Shown here: positions 19,542 through 29,556 of the stretch, piece by piece | How the letters are laid out: each line of letters begins with the position of its first letter | Position numbering within the stretch: the stretch's first letter is position 1 | Origin: Spirochaetia bacterium | GTDB lineage: Bacteria > Spirochaetota > Spirochaetia > UBA9216 | Reading direction: 5' to 3' | DNA length: 64,000 bases | Assembly (NCBI GenBank): GCA_963677925.2 | Contig: CAXXYH010000004.1 | Location: 2,112,001 to 2,176,000, forward strand | Made by a program: the position numbers and the translations under genes | Notes under the pieces: generated by a model | Seen by the model: the letters and a program-made list of their open reading frames with translations, nothing else | Told to the model about the DNA's origin: nothing | Database searches by the model: none

Positions 19542-20741
19542 ATGAAAGCCAGATTAAGGTTTTTTAGCATTTTATTTATATTATCCGTTTTATCCTCATT
19601 CACAGTCTTTGCTCAGGAAAGTACAGATGTTGTTGAGGCATTCCGGAAAAACTTCACCAGAGGCAGTCTTGCCACCAAAGCGAGGGTTCTGCAGGATTCC
19701 ATCGACTACAAAGATTCTGATATGTCGGAACTCTATCTGCTCTCTCTCAACTTTGTCATAGAGAACTCATGGATGCTGGTGAATGATGCTCAGGGAAGGG
19801 AACTTGTTCTTTTTACTGTCAGACTGCTTGGGACAACAGGAGTCGAATCATCAGCAGGAAAGCTGTGGGCCTTCTTCAGAGAAGTTGAGGATGATGAAAT
19901 TAGAGTCGAAATCATGAATGCCCTCGGCGATACAGCTTCGGGTGATAAAAATATAATCATCGGAATAAATGAATGGCTGAGGCTTCAGAACAGTCAGTAT
20001 AAGAGCGGAAAAGCTATTGATGAAAAGCTGATTTCAGAAACTGTTGCAACACTCGGGCGAATTGGAGACCCTTCCTCCTTCCCTGTGGTTTTTACAACCG
20101 GAACAATCGGCTATTCTGATGATGTGAATCTGAGTGTTTCCGAAGCTTTAAACGGAATAGACGGATATTTTACAGACCATATAATGCAGGTTATTAAGAG
20201 CTCTTCATCAGAAGAAAAACTTGCTGCGCTCAAAGCTGCTTTCAGTCAGAGTAATCTTACGAGGGAGGACAAGGCGTCAATTGCCGAGGTAGCTCTCGAT
20301 GTAGGCTTGTACAGTGATGCAAAATCTCCTGCTGATGAGAAAAATCTGCGTGACCTCCGCTTCGAGGCAGTCAGAGAATTGACTCAGCTGAACTGGAGCG
20401 GTGTATCAGAAGGGCTGATAAAGCACTTTGACTACACGGTTTTTGAATTCGAACAGGGCGTGATAAGGAAGGTAAACCTTCTTGAAGCAATAGACGCACT
20501 CGGCTCTGCCGGGACTCATGATGCAGCAGTAAGGCTGACACTGTATCTTGAGGTTTTAAATACTTATACTGAAAACGGCCAGCCTGTTGATGAACAGATT
20601 ATTCTGGGGGTTATAAGAAACCTCGGTAAACTGGGAGACAGCACGGCCTTCGACTACCTTCTCTACACCGGCTATCTCAATTATTCCGGTACTGTCCAGC
20701 GGGCAGCAAGAGAGGCGTTGAAGAATCTTAAAAGTATGTAA
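19542..20741 (+). CDS. Exported HEAT-repeat protein
   Basis: Signal peptide; repeated ALG/LGxxGD helical units. Confidence 0.75.
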   Translation: MKARLRFFSILFILSVLSSFTVFAQESTDVVEAFRKNFTRGSLATKARVLQDSIDYKDSDMSELYLLSLNFVIENSWMLVNDAQGRELVLFTVRLLGTTGVESSAGKLWAFFREVEDDEIRVEIMNALGDTASGDKNIIIGINEWLRLQNSQYKSGKAIDEKLISETVATLGRIGDPSSFPVVFTTGTIGYSDDVNLSVSEALNGIDGYFTDHIMQVIKSSSSEEKLAALKAAFSQSNLTREDKASIAEVALDVGLYSDAKSPADEKNLRDLRFEAVRELTQLNWSGVSEGLIKHFDYTVFEFEQGVIRKVNLLEAIDALGSAGTHDAAVRLTLYLEVLNTYTENGQPVDEQIILGVIRNLGKLGDSTAFDYLLYTGYLNYSGTVQRAAREALKNLKSM

Positions 20742-20922
20742 AAATAAAATCCTGAGTTTATTAATCTCGAATCCTCTTGTAACCGGTTTTTTTCTCATCA
20801 TTCTTCTGCGTCTGTGTCTGTTCGATTATTTTGAACTCAGAACCCGGCTGATAATCTACATTGTACTCACTTCAGTCTCGATCACTGCTACAGCTGTCTT
20901 TATACTGAGGGGCGGCCGGTCC

Positions 20923-22239
20923 GTGAATGCATTGAAAATGAAGATACTGCTTTCAGCGGTCACTGCTGCCCTTATTGTCACGGGGCTGAGTTTTGAGCAG
21001 CGACTGCGCAACTCTGCAGTATTTGCAGGCATTCCCTATGATTCAGTCAGTGAAATGGAAGCTGTGGCTATATCGGACAGCTGTCTGACATCATCAGGCA
21101 GATATCTGACCGAAGCTTCGCTTATGAATACAGTATCCGGGAACGGAATCAAAACTACAGCATCGGGCAAACTCCTTGTTTTCTTTGATGATGATCCCCG
21201 GCTTAGTCAGGGCGAGTTTTTCAGTGCTGCCGGCGGCCTTATGAAATCCGAACCGGACAACGGAGGCTTCAGCTTTCATAATCCAGAATATTTTCTACTT
21301 TTCTCAAAAAATGCAGGTTTATTGAGACTGGGCTGGAAGTCCGGACTCTACCGGATACGCTCAGAACTTCTTTCCTCCGCACAGAGCAGACTTATGAGGC
21401 TTGATAATGGTTCGGGGGGGATTCTTCTTGCTCTTTTCACAGGCAGCAGGAATATGATGGAGCATTACGATACCGAACTTTTCAGAACTGCCGGTACTGC
21501 GCATATCCTTGCTCTTTCGGGGATGCACCTGGGAATAATGTGCGGAATCCTCTATATTATTTTGATTCCCATGACAGGAAAAAGAGCGGCTTTCATAATA
21601 TGCTCGGTAATTGTTGTCCTCTATCTGTTTCTCACCGGCTTTGGAGAATCCCTTGTCAGGGCCGCTCTGATGTTCTTTCTGATAGGATTAAATGAGCAGC
21701 TTAACCGGAAATCAAAGTTTACAGATATTCTGATATTGAGTTTCGTGTTTATGACTTTAATCAGCCCTGAGGCGTTTTATACTATATCTTTCAGACTTTC
21801 CTTTGTGGCCATAGCCGGAATGGTATACTTTGGAAGTCTTTTTAACCGTGTACTGCCGAATCGGATTCCACGCTGGCTGCGTCTCTCAGTCAGTGCATCA
21901 GCAGGTGCCCAGACGGCTGTTCTTCCGCTGGTTCTGTCTGTTTTTGGAAAGGTGTACCCTGCAGGACTTATTTCAGGAATAGTTCTCACGCCTCTGGTTA
22001 CATTGTTAATATGGACAGGACTGCTTTTTTTGATTACCGGCTGGGAAATGCTATCAATTTGTATAGAATTCATTTATAAAATAATCAGGGCTGCGGCTGA
22101 AATATTTTCTGCTCTGCCGTCCTTCGGGACTGATAATTTTTTAATTGCCGGTACACTCGGCTTTTACTCAGTTCTGATTATTTCAGTTATTTTTCTGATA
22201 ATCAGGGAAAGGTATAATGAACTATCCGTTAAACTATGA
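20923..22239 (+). CDS. comEC: ComEC/Rec2 competence membrane protein
   Basis: AHILALSGMHLG, RAALM, SFRLSF motifs; start may be upstream. Confidence 0.85.
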   Translation: MNALKMKILLSAVTAALIVTGLSFEQRLRNSAVFAGIPYDSVSEMEAVAISDSCLTSSGRYLTEASLMNTVSGNGIKTTASGKLLVFFDDDPRLSQGEFFSAAGGLMKSEPDNGGFSFHNPEYFLLFSKNAGLLRLGWKSGLYRIRSELLSSAQSRLMRLDNGSGGILLALFTGSRNMMEHYDTELFRTAGTAHILALSGMHLGIMCGILYIILIPMTGKRAAFIICSVIVVLYLFLTGFGESLVRAALMFFLIGLNEQLNRKSKFTDILILSFVFMTLISPEAFYTISFRLSFVAIAGMVYFGSLFNRVLPNRIPRWLRLSVSASAGAQTAVLPLVLSVFGKVYPAGLISGIVLTPLVTLLIWTGLLFLITGWEMLSICIEFIYKIIRAAAEIFSALPSFGTDNFLIAGTLGFYSVLIISVIFLIIRERYNELSVKL

Positions 22240-23083
22240 TTCACCTTCGGAACTGCGTGAATTTCTTGAAAATCATGAACTCAGTATGAAGAAACGCTTC
22301 GGCCAGAATTTTCTGATAAACAGAGGCGCACGCGAAAAAATTGTAGATCTTTTAGGCGCCGAAGCCGGCGATAAAGCCTGGGAGATAGGACCCGGACTGG
22401 GCTCCATGACATGGCACATGCTTGAAAAAGGAATAGATCTCACTGTTTTTGAAATTGACAATGGTTTTGCATGTCTGCTTAGAGATTTTTATTCAGATCT
22501 GCCTAATTTCAGCATTATTCAGGGTGATTTTCTTAAGACTTTTAAGAATGAAGCTGAAACTCAAGGGATTCCGCCCCTTGTCATAGGAAACCTTCCGTAC
22601 TCTTCAGGCTCTCCGATGATAGCGATGCTGATAAAAAATGAGCTAAGTCCGAGAACCATGGTGTTTACTGTACAGAAGGAGGTTGCTCAGCGGATGGCCG
22701 CTAAACCGGGCAGCAAAGATTATTCAGTGTTTTCTCTTATCAGCGGATCTAAATATAAGGTGGAGCTGTCAGGGGATATTAAGGCGGGTTCCTTCTATCC
22801 CAGGCCTGCAGTAGTTTCATCGGTGGTAAAGCTTACAAAGCATGATAGCTTTGATCCCGGTGACTCATCGGTCTACTATACTCTTATAGACGACATGTTT
22901 CTTTCACGCAGGAAGAAAATATCGAATAATTTGGCTTCCGGACGTCTTGCTGCAAGATTCGGCCGGGAAAAAGTGCTTGAAGCCTTAAATGCTTCCGGGA
23001 TTTCTGCCGAGAGAAGGGGTGAGACCGTATCTGTTGAAGAGGCTCAGCATCTCAGCAGGCTGCTTTCAAAAGAGTTTAAATAA
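22217..23083 (+). CDS. rsmA: 16S rRNA dimethyladenosine transferase
   Basis: KKRFGQNFL, EIGPGLG, GNLPY, QKEVA motifs. Confidence 0.95.
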   Translation: MNYPLNYDSPSELREFLENHELSMKKRFGQNFLINRGAREKIVDLLGAEAGDKAWEIGPGLGSMTWHMLEKGIDLTVFEIDNGFACLLRDFYSDLPNFSIIQGDFLKTFKNEAETQGIPPLVIGNLPYSSGSPMIAMLIKNELSPRTMVFTVQKEVAQRMAAKPGSKDYSVFSLISGSKYKVELSGDIKAGSFYPRPAVVSSVVKLTKHDSFDPGDSSVYYTLIDDMFLSRRKKISNNLASGRLAARFGREKVLEALNASGISAERRGETVSVEEAQHLSRLLSKEFK

Positions 23084-23155
23084 TTTGGACAGTTCTTTTG
23101 ACTAAAAAGATCTAAAAACATATAATTTGTTTATAAGATAAACTCATAGGAGAAG

Positions 23156-24028
23156 TTGGTAATGAAGAAGTTTGCAATAATCACAGCGGTGATTGCAGCA
23201 GTATTTTTTTCAGGATGTGCGACAACAGAGTCTGATACCTCAGGGGTACAGGAAGAAAAAATGGTGGAAAAGGCCTCTGAAGTTGAAAAAGAAACTGTGT
23301 ATGAAACAGTTTATATACCTCATGCCGTAAAAGAAACATCATATTACAGTGACGGATATATAGAAAGTTATAAAAATTTTACTTACGATTCAGATATGAA
23401 TCTTCTAAAGGAAGAGCTGTACGATTCATTTGACGAAATTATTGAATCGCTTGAATTTACTGTAGCAGGCGGAAAAACAAACATGAAAACCGTTTACGAC
23501 AACAGGGGCAGTATTCAGTCGAAAAGAGCTTTCAGCTACAACGGTGCGGGACTTCTTTCCCGTGAGGAGATTATGAATCCTGAGGGTGCTCTTCAGAATG
23601 TATCTGAGTACGAATATGACGCGCAGGGAAATAAAATACGATGGATGATCCTGAGTGCGGACGGTGTGATGCTTTCAGACACTGTGTATAAGTATGAAGA
23701 TGGTCTTAATACAAGAATAGAGATTTTTGATGGTGCAAAGATTCAGGAATATTTTGTTCTCGATTATGAAAACGGGAACCTTATCAGAAAATCGCATTAT
23801 GAAGATGATGGAAAACTGGTTGATTCGGTTGAATATGAATATGTGAATGGAATGCTCAGTGCCGAGAATTATCTCAGGGCAAACGGCTCGGTCAGTAGAA
23901 AAGTATTAATCGTCAATGATGATAAAGGTAATCCCGTAAAAAAAGAATTTTTTGACGGAAGCGGAGAGCTAAGAGACTTTGTTGAATATGAATATAAATA
24001 TACAACAGAGCAGAGAGCTGTTAACTGA
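23156..24028 (+). CDS. Lipoprotein with YD/RHS-like beta repeats
   Basis: Lipobox FFSGC; repeated YxYD..GN units. Confidence 0.7.
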   Translation: MVMKKFAIITAVIAAVFFSGCATTESDTSGVQEEKMVEKASEVEKETVYETVYIPHAVKETSYYSDGYIESYKNFTYDSDMNLLKEELYDSFDEIIESLEFTVAGGKTNMKTVYDNRGSIQSKRAFSYNGAGLLSREEIMNPEGALQNVSEYEYDAQGNKIRWMILSADGVMLSDTVYKYEDGLNTRIEIFDGAKIQEYFVLDYENGNLIRKSHYEDDGKLVDSVEYEYVNGMLSAENYLRANGSVSRKVLIVNDDKGNPVKKEFFDGSGELRDFVEYEYKYTTEQRAVN

Positions 24029-24045
24029 TAATTCAGGAGGGGATT

Positions 24046-25227
24046 ATGCGCAACAGATTTTTATTTATTCTGATAATAGTGACGCTGGTTGTACCGGTTT
24101 CAATGGTTTCGGCTAATGAAACTGCAGCCGTCTGGTCCAGAATATATGAGGGAACTCCAACACTTGAGAATAAACTCTCAGTTATGAAGAGTATATGTGA
24201 ACTGCATGACAGGGATTTAGCCCCGATGATTACTGATACGCTTACTGAACTTGTTTATTCCAAGTATCAGTATACAACAACAAGGGATCGTCAGCTTATT
24301 TCTGATCTGAAAAGAGTGATGATTACCGAGCTTGGTAATTTGAAGGCAGTAGATGCGACACCGGTAATGTTTAAGGTTTTTGAAGAAGAGGATAATGATT
24401 TTCTAAAAGCGATAGCTATCTCCGGTATTGGTGCCGCAGGCGGACGAGACTATGCAGATGAAATTGCAGATTTTCTTAGATATATCAACCTTGATATTAT
24501 TCAGATTGAAAATAATGAAAAAAGGGAGTCTCTTGTAGGTGCATGTATCTATTCGCTTGAGAGACTGAAAATGCCGGTAGGTTTTGAACCGGTATTCTAT
24601 GCTGCAGTAGGCGGTTATAGTAGAAATACAATAGCAAAGGCAGAACGTGCTCTTGTTAACATAATGGAAGACCCGTCGGATGAGCTGGCCTCAATAATAA
24701 GGGCTGATACTCCGTATGAAATTCGATATGCTGCCTTAAGTGTTGAGGAGCGCAGCAATGCTTCGCCTGAAAGAAAAACAGAGGTTGCCTCAGCCGCTCT
24801 GGAGGTGTCTCTAGTGTATAACGCTGCTACTCCGAGGGAAAGGGAATATCAGTCCCGTTCGAAGATAAAAGCAGCGGAAATGATTCGCGATCTCGGTGTT
24901 GCAGATGACAATGCGGTTCAATGGCTCGGGAGAATGCTTAACAGCTCTTCAGATATCAACGAAGTGGTAACCAGTCTTCAGGCTCTCGGTACCTATTCAA
25001 GTGATTCTGCTGTTGAAGTGCTGAGTAAATATCTGAGAGACAACAACCAGAGAAGAGCCTCGGGTATTCAGTACAATGATGAAAGAGCCATCAGGGAATG
25101 TATAAACGCGCTGGGAAACAGCGGGAATTCGAATGCCAGAGCTGAACTGACCATGGTTGAGTTTTCAAACTGGAGTAGCCAGACTATCAGAATGGCAAAG
25201 AATGCTTTAAAACAGCTTCAGCAGTAA
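24046..25227 (+). CDS. Exported HEAT-repeat protein (paralogue of 19542-20741)
   Basis: Signal peptide; C-terminus DERAIRECINALG..AKNALKQL parallels DEQIILGVIRNLG..AREALKNL. Confidence 0.7.
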   Translation: MRNRFLFILIIVTLVVPVSMVSANETAAVWSRIYEGTPTLENKLSVMKSICELHDRDLAPMITDTLTELVYSKYQYTTTRDRQLISDLKRVMITELGNLKAVDATPVMFKVFEEEDNDFLKAIAISGIGAAGGRDYADEIADFLRYINLDIIQIENNEKRESLVGACIYSLERLKMPVGFEPVFYAAVGGYSRNTIAKAERALVNIMEDPSDELASIIRADTPYEIRYAALSVEERSNASPERKTEVASAALEVSLVYNAATPREREYQSRSKIKAAEMIRDLGVADDNAVQWLGRMLNSSSDINEVVTSLQALGTYSSDSAVEVLSKYLRDNNQRRASGIQYNDERAIRECINALGNSGNSNARAELTMVEFSNWSSQTIRMAKNALKQLQQ

Positions 25228-25298
25228 GCTGTAAAAATGCCCGGAAGGTATTCCGGGCTTGATATAGACGGTCGGTAAAAACAGATTTGCTGATCGCC

Positions 25299-25340
25299 AA
25301 AAAAAGGGGCAGGTACTAATCATACTGCCCCTTTTTATTT
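25299..25340. terminator. Bidirectional intrinsic terminator
   Basis: A-tract, GGGGCAG / CTGCCCC stem, T-tract between convergent genes. Confidence 0.75.
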
Positions 25341-25357
25341 GTATTGATCTGAACCTC

Positions 25358-26236
25358 TTAGAGTAGACCGGTTTCAGCCATTATCTTTTTAAAGGTCTGC
25401 TTGTCATCATCTGTCATTTCGCAGAGGGGCAGTCTGTAAACTTCCTCCATCATGCCCTTAAGTGCACATCCGTATTTAACAGGAACCGGATTTGAGTCCA
25501 TAAACAGACCTTTGAAGAAGGGGAGCAGATGATAATGAATCTCTCTGGCTCTTTCGAAATTACCCGCGTTTGCGTTTCTGACAAGTTCCTCCATTTCTTC
25601 CGGAATGATGTTGCTTGCTACAGAAATTATTCCTCTTGCTCCACAGGCGATCATCGGCAGTCCAAGATTGTCGTCTCCTGAGAGTATTGTGAAGTCTTCA
25701 GGTTTGTAGAGAGCGAGTTCCATAACCTGGGGAATGCTGCCGCTGGCTTCTTTTACTGCAACAATATTCGGATGAGCAGCAAGCTTTAGCATTGTACTGT
25801 TTTCAATGTTCTTTCCAGCTCTGCCTGGAATATTATAAACAACCATTGGAAGATCAACAGAGTCGGCAATAGCCATAAAGTGGCGGTAAAACCCTTCCTG
25901 TGAAGGTTTATTGTAATAAGGTGCTACCTGCAGACTGTAATCGGCTCCAGCTTCCTTTGCGTGTTTTGTCAATCTGATGGCTTCTTCTGTAGAGTTTGAG
26001 CCTGTGCCTGCTATTACCGGAACCCTTCCGGCTGTTTTGTTAATTACAGTTTCAATAACCTTGTCATGTTCTTCATGGTTCAGTGTGGGACTTTCACCTG
26101 TTGTTCCTACCGGAACCAGACCCGATATACCCCTGTCGATCTGAAACTCAACAAGTTTTTCAAGGCTTGTCTTATCCACTGAGCCGTCTTTTGCGAATGG
26201 GGTTACAAGCGCTGTAAATACACCTTCTAAATTCAT
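25358..26236 (-). CDS. dapA: 4-hydroxy-tetrahydrodipicolinate synthase
   Basis: GTTGES, PYYNKP, YNIPGR, KEASG motifs. Confidence 0.96.
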   Translation of the reverse strand: MNLEGVFTALVTPFAKDGSVDKTSLEKLVEFQIDRGISGLVPVGTTGESPTLNHEEHDKVIETVINKTAGRVPVIAGTGSNSTEEAIRLTKHAKEAGADYSLQVAPYYNKPSQEGFYRHFMAIADSVDLPMVVYNIPGRAGKNIENSTMLKLAAHPNIVAVKEASGSIPQVMELALYKPEDFTILSGDDNLGLPMIACGARGIISVASNIIPEEMEELVRNANAGNFERAREIHYHLLPFFKGLFMDSNPVPVKYGCALKGMMEEVYRLPLCEMTDDDKQTFKKIMAETGLL

Positions 26237-27000
26237 TTATTCACTCCTGCTTTGTTGATTATATCCTGCATATTATATTGTCCTGGAGGACAGTCCGCCA
26301 GAAACCTTGCTGCGGCAATAGCTCCTGTTGCAAATACATTTCTTGAGTTTGCTGAATGCCCGATAGTGATTATTTCATCAGCTCCGGCAAAAAAAACATC
26401 GTGTTCTCCGACAATTGTTCCTCCACGGACTGCATGAATCCCCAGCTCATTGGTTTTTCGCTGGCAGTCCTTACCCGATCTGCCGTTTACATATTCAAGA
26501 CTGTTATCAAGTGCTTCATTGATAGAATCTGCAAGCATAAAGGCTGTACCGCTTGGGGCATCTTTTTTCATTTTATGATGTTTTTCCACTATCTCGATAT
26601 CAAATGCGTTTCCAAGTACAGTCGCAGCCGTTTTAACAAGCTGCTGAAGCAGATTGATGCCGAGCGACATGTTCGCAGATCTGAAAATTGCTACTGATTC
26701 AGATACTTTTTTAATCCATTTGAGATCATCATCGCTTAACCCTGTAGTTGCAATCACAGCCGGAATCTTTCGTACAGCAGCTTCATCGAGGTAGCCTGCA
26801 AGAGTTGCAGGGTTTGAAAAATCAATGATAACATCCGCTGATTCCTTGCATTCTTTAAGGGTTTGATAAACCGGAAAGGCTCCGTCACCTGCAACAAGAT
26901 CTATTCCGGCTGCCACTTCCATATCGGAACTTTCATTGATGAATGAGGTAAGAACTTTACCCATTCTTCCGCTGCTTCCTATCAGGATAACTTTAATCAT
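26233..27000 (-). CDS. dapB: 4-hydroxy-tetrahydrodipicolinate reductase
   Basis: GSSGRMG, ATTG, EKHHKMKKDAPSGTA, GEH motifs. Confidence 0.96.
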   Translation of the reverse strand: MIKVILIGSSGRMGKVLTSFINESSDMEVAAGIDLVAGDGAFPVYQTLKECKESADVIIDFSNPATLAGYLDEAAVRKIPAVIATTGLSDDDLKWIKKVSESVAIFRSANMSLGINLLQQLVKTAATVLGNAFDIEIVEKHHKMKKDAPSGTAFMLADSINEALDNSLEYVNGRSGKDCQRKTNELGIHAVRGGTIVGEHDVFFAGADEIITIGHSANSRNVFATGAIAAARFLADCPPGQYNMQDIINKAGVNK

Positions 27001-27140
27001 AAGGCCTCCTCACATAAGCGGTATTGTGTTTGAACAAAAAGAAAGGAAAAGAATTTTTTTGACAGTAAATCCAATATTTATCTCCTCTAACCTTGCCCGG
27101 ATTCAAGAAGATACAGGATTTCCGTAACTCTGAAAAGTCA

Positions 27141-27317
27141 GGTGACTAGCTCCCCAGCGTACTTAAAGTAGCGCTGACAGTTTTGGAAGTATTAGCTTCC
27201 AAGCCCAGAAAACTGTTCTGCGGAAAACAGCCTCTTCGGCGGCATTACCTTTCGCTCAGCTTCTCGGGCGCCCGCGGCCTCAGCTGCCTACTAATTAACT
27301 GCCGCACCTCTATCACC
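27141..27317 (-). ncRNA. Lysine riboswitch (L-box)
   Basis: Minus strand reads AGAGGTGC..AGTA..GAAAGG..GCCGAA..TGGG..ACTGTCA..TGGGGAGCTA with P1 GGTGAT/GTCACC, directly upstream of dapB-dapA. Confidence 0.92.
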
Positions 27318-27337
27318 GGTGCAATCAATTTGTACTA

Positions 27338-27366
27338 AACATAACTATTGAAAAATGTATTGTCAA
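27338..27366 (-). promoter_or_regulatory. Sigma70-type promoter for riboswitch-dapBA
   Basis: TTGACA-17 nt-TATGTT on minus strand. Confidence 0.6.
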
Positions 27367-27419
27367 GACCCGGTGTTTTAATTCTCAGCCTCCGCAGTTT
27401 TTCTTTTTTTTGCAGCTGT

Positions 27420-28280
27420 TTAATTCAATTTCTGCATCAATGAATTGAAACCGCGTATATTCCGCTCTAATTCCGAATCATAACGGTTTGATAGTTCGAT
27501 TATTATTCCGGGAATCCCCCTGTTGTAGAGGTACCCGGAGGCTGTCCCTGTGAATGGAACTCCGGAAGGCTGGGTACTTCCGACGTATATTTTATAGCCT
27601 GAAGCTTTGGAATATGCTTCTGCCAGACGCTTTGCAGGTTCCCATGAATCAGGAAGTCCGCCGTACCATATATTGTTTGAAGCACTATGTATAAAAAGTA
27701 CCGCAGAAGGCTTAAGTTTATCCACTAAATCCCTGATCGCTGCACTCTCGGGCTCACTGAAGGGGGCGCTTCCGGCGCTGACTTCAGTTATCCCATGATA
27801 CGCAACCGGCTGCCATCCATTGTCGAAATTCCGGTTCAGATCAACTAAATTTGCATTAAGTCTGCCAGGCAGAAGCTTATCTCTCCCCAGACGAAGGGCT
27901 GATTCATCAAGCAGTGCAGGATCTGCTTCACCTGCTATCCGGTAAAGGCCATCCGGGTTAAGCACCGGTATTATATGCAGAATGATATTTGACGGTATTT
28001 CATCGGTGTTTCTACTGTAATGGTCAAGCATATCCCTGACAAGGATTACGGAGTTCCATTCATAGCCTCCGTGTATTCCGCCTATCAATATCAGGTTTGA
28101 TTTATTTTCATTTCTCATGTTTAGTAAAGACGGTCCGGTTCCCTGTATTGTATAAGAATAGATAGGCCTTTTTTCTACTGATCTTCCGATGATATCCTGC
28201 GCCGAAATATAACCGCCGTATGCAAGCAATAAAATTGCTGATACAGATAATATTCTTTTAATGTTAATGGTCTTTATCAT
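27420..28280 (-). CDS. M14-family zinc carboxypeptidase
   Basis: GGIHGGYE, NPDG, VDLNRNF, PFSEPE, IH motifs; signal peptide. Confidence 0.85.
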   Translation of the reverse strand: MIKTINIKRILSVSAILLLAYGGYISAQDIIGRSVEKRPIYSYTIQGTGPSLLNMRNENKSNLILIGGIHGGYEWNSVILVRDMLDHYSRNTDEIPSNIILHIIPVLNPDGLYRIAGEADPALLDESALRLGRDKLLPGRLNANLVDLNRNFDNGWQPVAYHGITEVSAGSAPFSEPESAAIRDLVDKLKPSAVLFIHSASNNIWYGGLPDSWEPAKRLAEAYSKASGYKIYVGSTQPSGVPFTGTASGYLYNRGIPGIIIELSNRYDSELERNIRGFNSLMQKLN

Positions 28281-28384
28281 AAATATAAAATTATTATGTT
28301 TACTGATAAAGTCAAGTAATAGGGAGCAGAGATATCTTTAAATATTCAGCTTGATTTATTCAGAATTTTTATGCCGGAAGGTAT

Positions 28385-28424
28385 AAAAAAAGCCGACCGT
28401 GAAAACATTACGGTCAGCTTTTTT
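28385..28424 (-). terminator. Intrinsic terminator after pta
   Basis: AAAAAAAGCCGACCGT..ACGGTCAGCTTTTTT stem with T-tracts. Confidence 0.65.
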
Positions 28425-28458
28425 CAGAAAGATGGAAAAAATCCACCCTCTTTATTTA

Positions 28459-29451
28459 TCAGGACTGTGCCATGGTAACTGCAGATGTAGTAACGATATC
28501 CTCAACACTGCAGCCTCTTGAAAGGTCACTGACAGGTTTAGCAAATCCCTGAAGGAAGGGACCGTATGCTTCAGCACCTGCAAGTCTCTGTACTAGCTTG
28601 TAGCCGATGTTTCCTGACTGAAGATCAGGGAAAACAAGTACATTTGCCTTGCCCGCTACTTTTGAACCGGGAGCCTTGCTGCTTCCGACAGAAGGTACGA
28701 TTGCCGCATCAAGCTGCATTTCACCGTCTATGTTAAGGTCAGGACGTTTTTCCTGAGCCAGTTTTGTTGCTTCAACAACCTTGTCAACGTTCTCGTGTGA
28801 TGCAGAGCCCTTTGTTGAGAATGAAAGCATTGCTGTGCAGGGTTCGGCATCCAGAAACTTTTTACACGATTCTGATGCTGCAATAGCAATTTCTGCAAGC
28901 TGTTCAGCAGTAGGGTTGGGGATTGTAGCACAGTCGCTGAAAATCATGTTGCCGTTTGCGCCGTATTCAGAATCTTTCATATACATTACAAAGCAGCTTG
29001 ATGCTGATTTAACACCGGGGGCAGTTTTTACAATTGTAAAAGCTGCACGAAGCACATTGCCTGTTGAGTTTTCTGCACCTGCAACCATTGCATCAACATC
29101 GCCTTTTCTAACCATCATCGCTCCCCATTTAAGCGGATCAATCATGGCTTCTCTGGCCTGTTCTTCTGTAATACCCTTGCTTTTTCTCAGTTCATAATAT
29201 TCAGCGGCATATTCATCCATTTTGTCTGAAACTGCCGGATCAATAATTTCAATTCCATTAACATTAACGCCTGCGTTGGCCGCGGCGCTTTCAACATCTG
29301 CCTTAACACCTACAAGAACAACTTTTGATGCCAGTCCCTCGTCAACAAGGATTCTTGCTGCCTTGAGAGTCCGTGACTCGGTACCTTCAGGGAGCACAAG
29401 TTTCTTCTGTAGTTTTTTGGCCTTTTCTTTCATGAGTTCTGCGAAAGCCAT
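28459..29451 (-). CDS. pta: Phosphate acetyltransferase
   Basis: LVLPEG, AMLSFSTKGS, DGEMQLDAA, GNIGYKL, DLSRGCS; start at MAFAELM behind an AAGGAG RBS. Confidence 0.95.
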   Translation of the reverse strand: MAFAELMKEKAKKLQKKLVLPEGTESRTLKAARILVDEGLASKVVLVGVKADVESAAANAGVNVNGIEIIDPAVSDKMDEYAAEYYELRKSKGITEEQAREAMIDPLKWGAMMVRKGDVDAMVAGAENSTGNVLRAAFTIVKTAPGVKSASSCFVMYMKDSEYGANGNMIFSDCATIPNPTAEQLAEIAIAASESCKKFLDAEPCTAMLSFSTKGSASHENVDKVVEATKLAQEKRPDLNIDGEMQLDAAIVPSVGSSKAPGSKVAGKANVLVFPDLQSGNIGYKLVQRLAGAEAYGPFLQGFAKPVSDLSRGCSVEDIVTTSAVTMAQS

Positions 29452-29556
29452 ATCTGAATCTCCTTGGATCAATAATCTTTTACTAAATAATAGTACAATA
29501 TCAATTCTTTGCACAGACTCATTGAGAAAATATAGCAAAGTGATTATTATTGCCGC

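Noticed and set aside
23156-24028. RHS toxin
   Set aside because: Only 290 aa with a lipobox; no DPxG cleavage motif, toxin tip or immunity gene.
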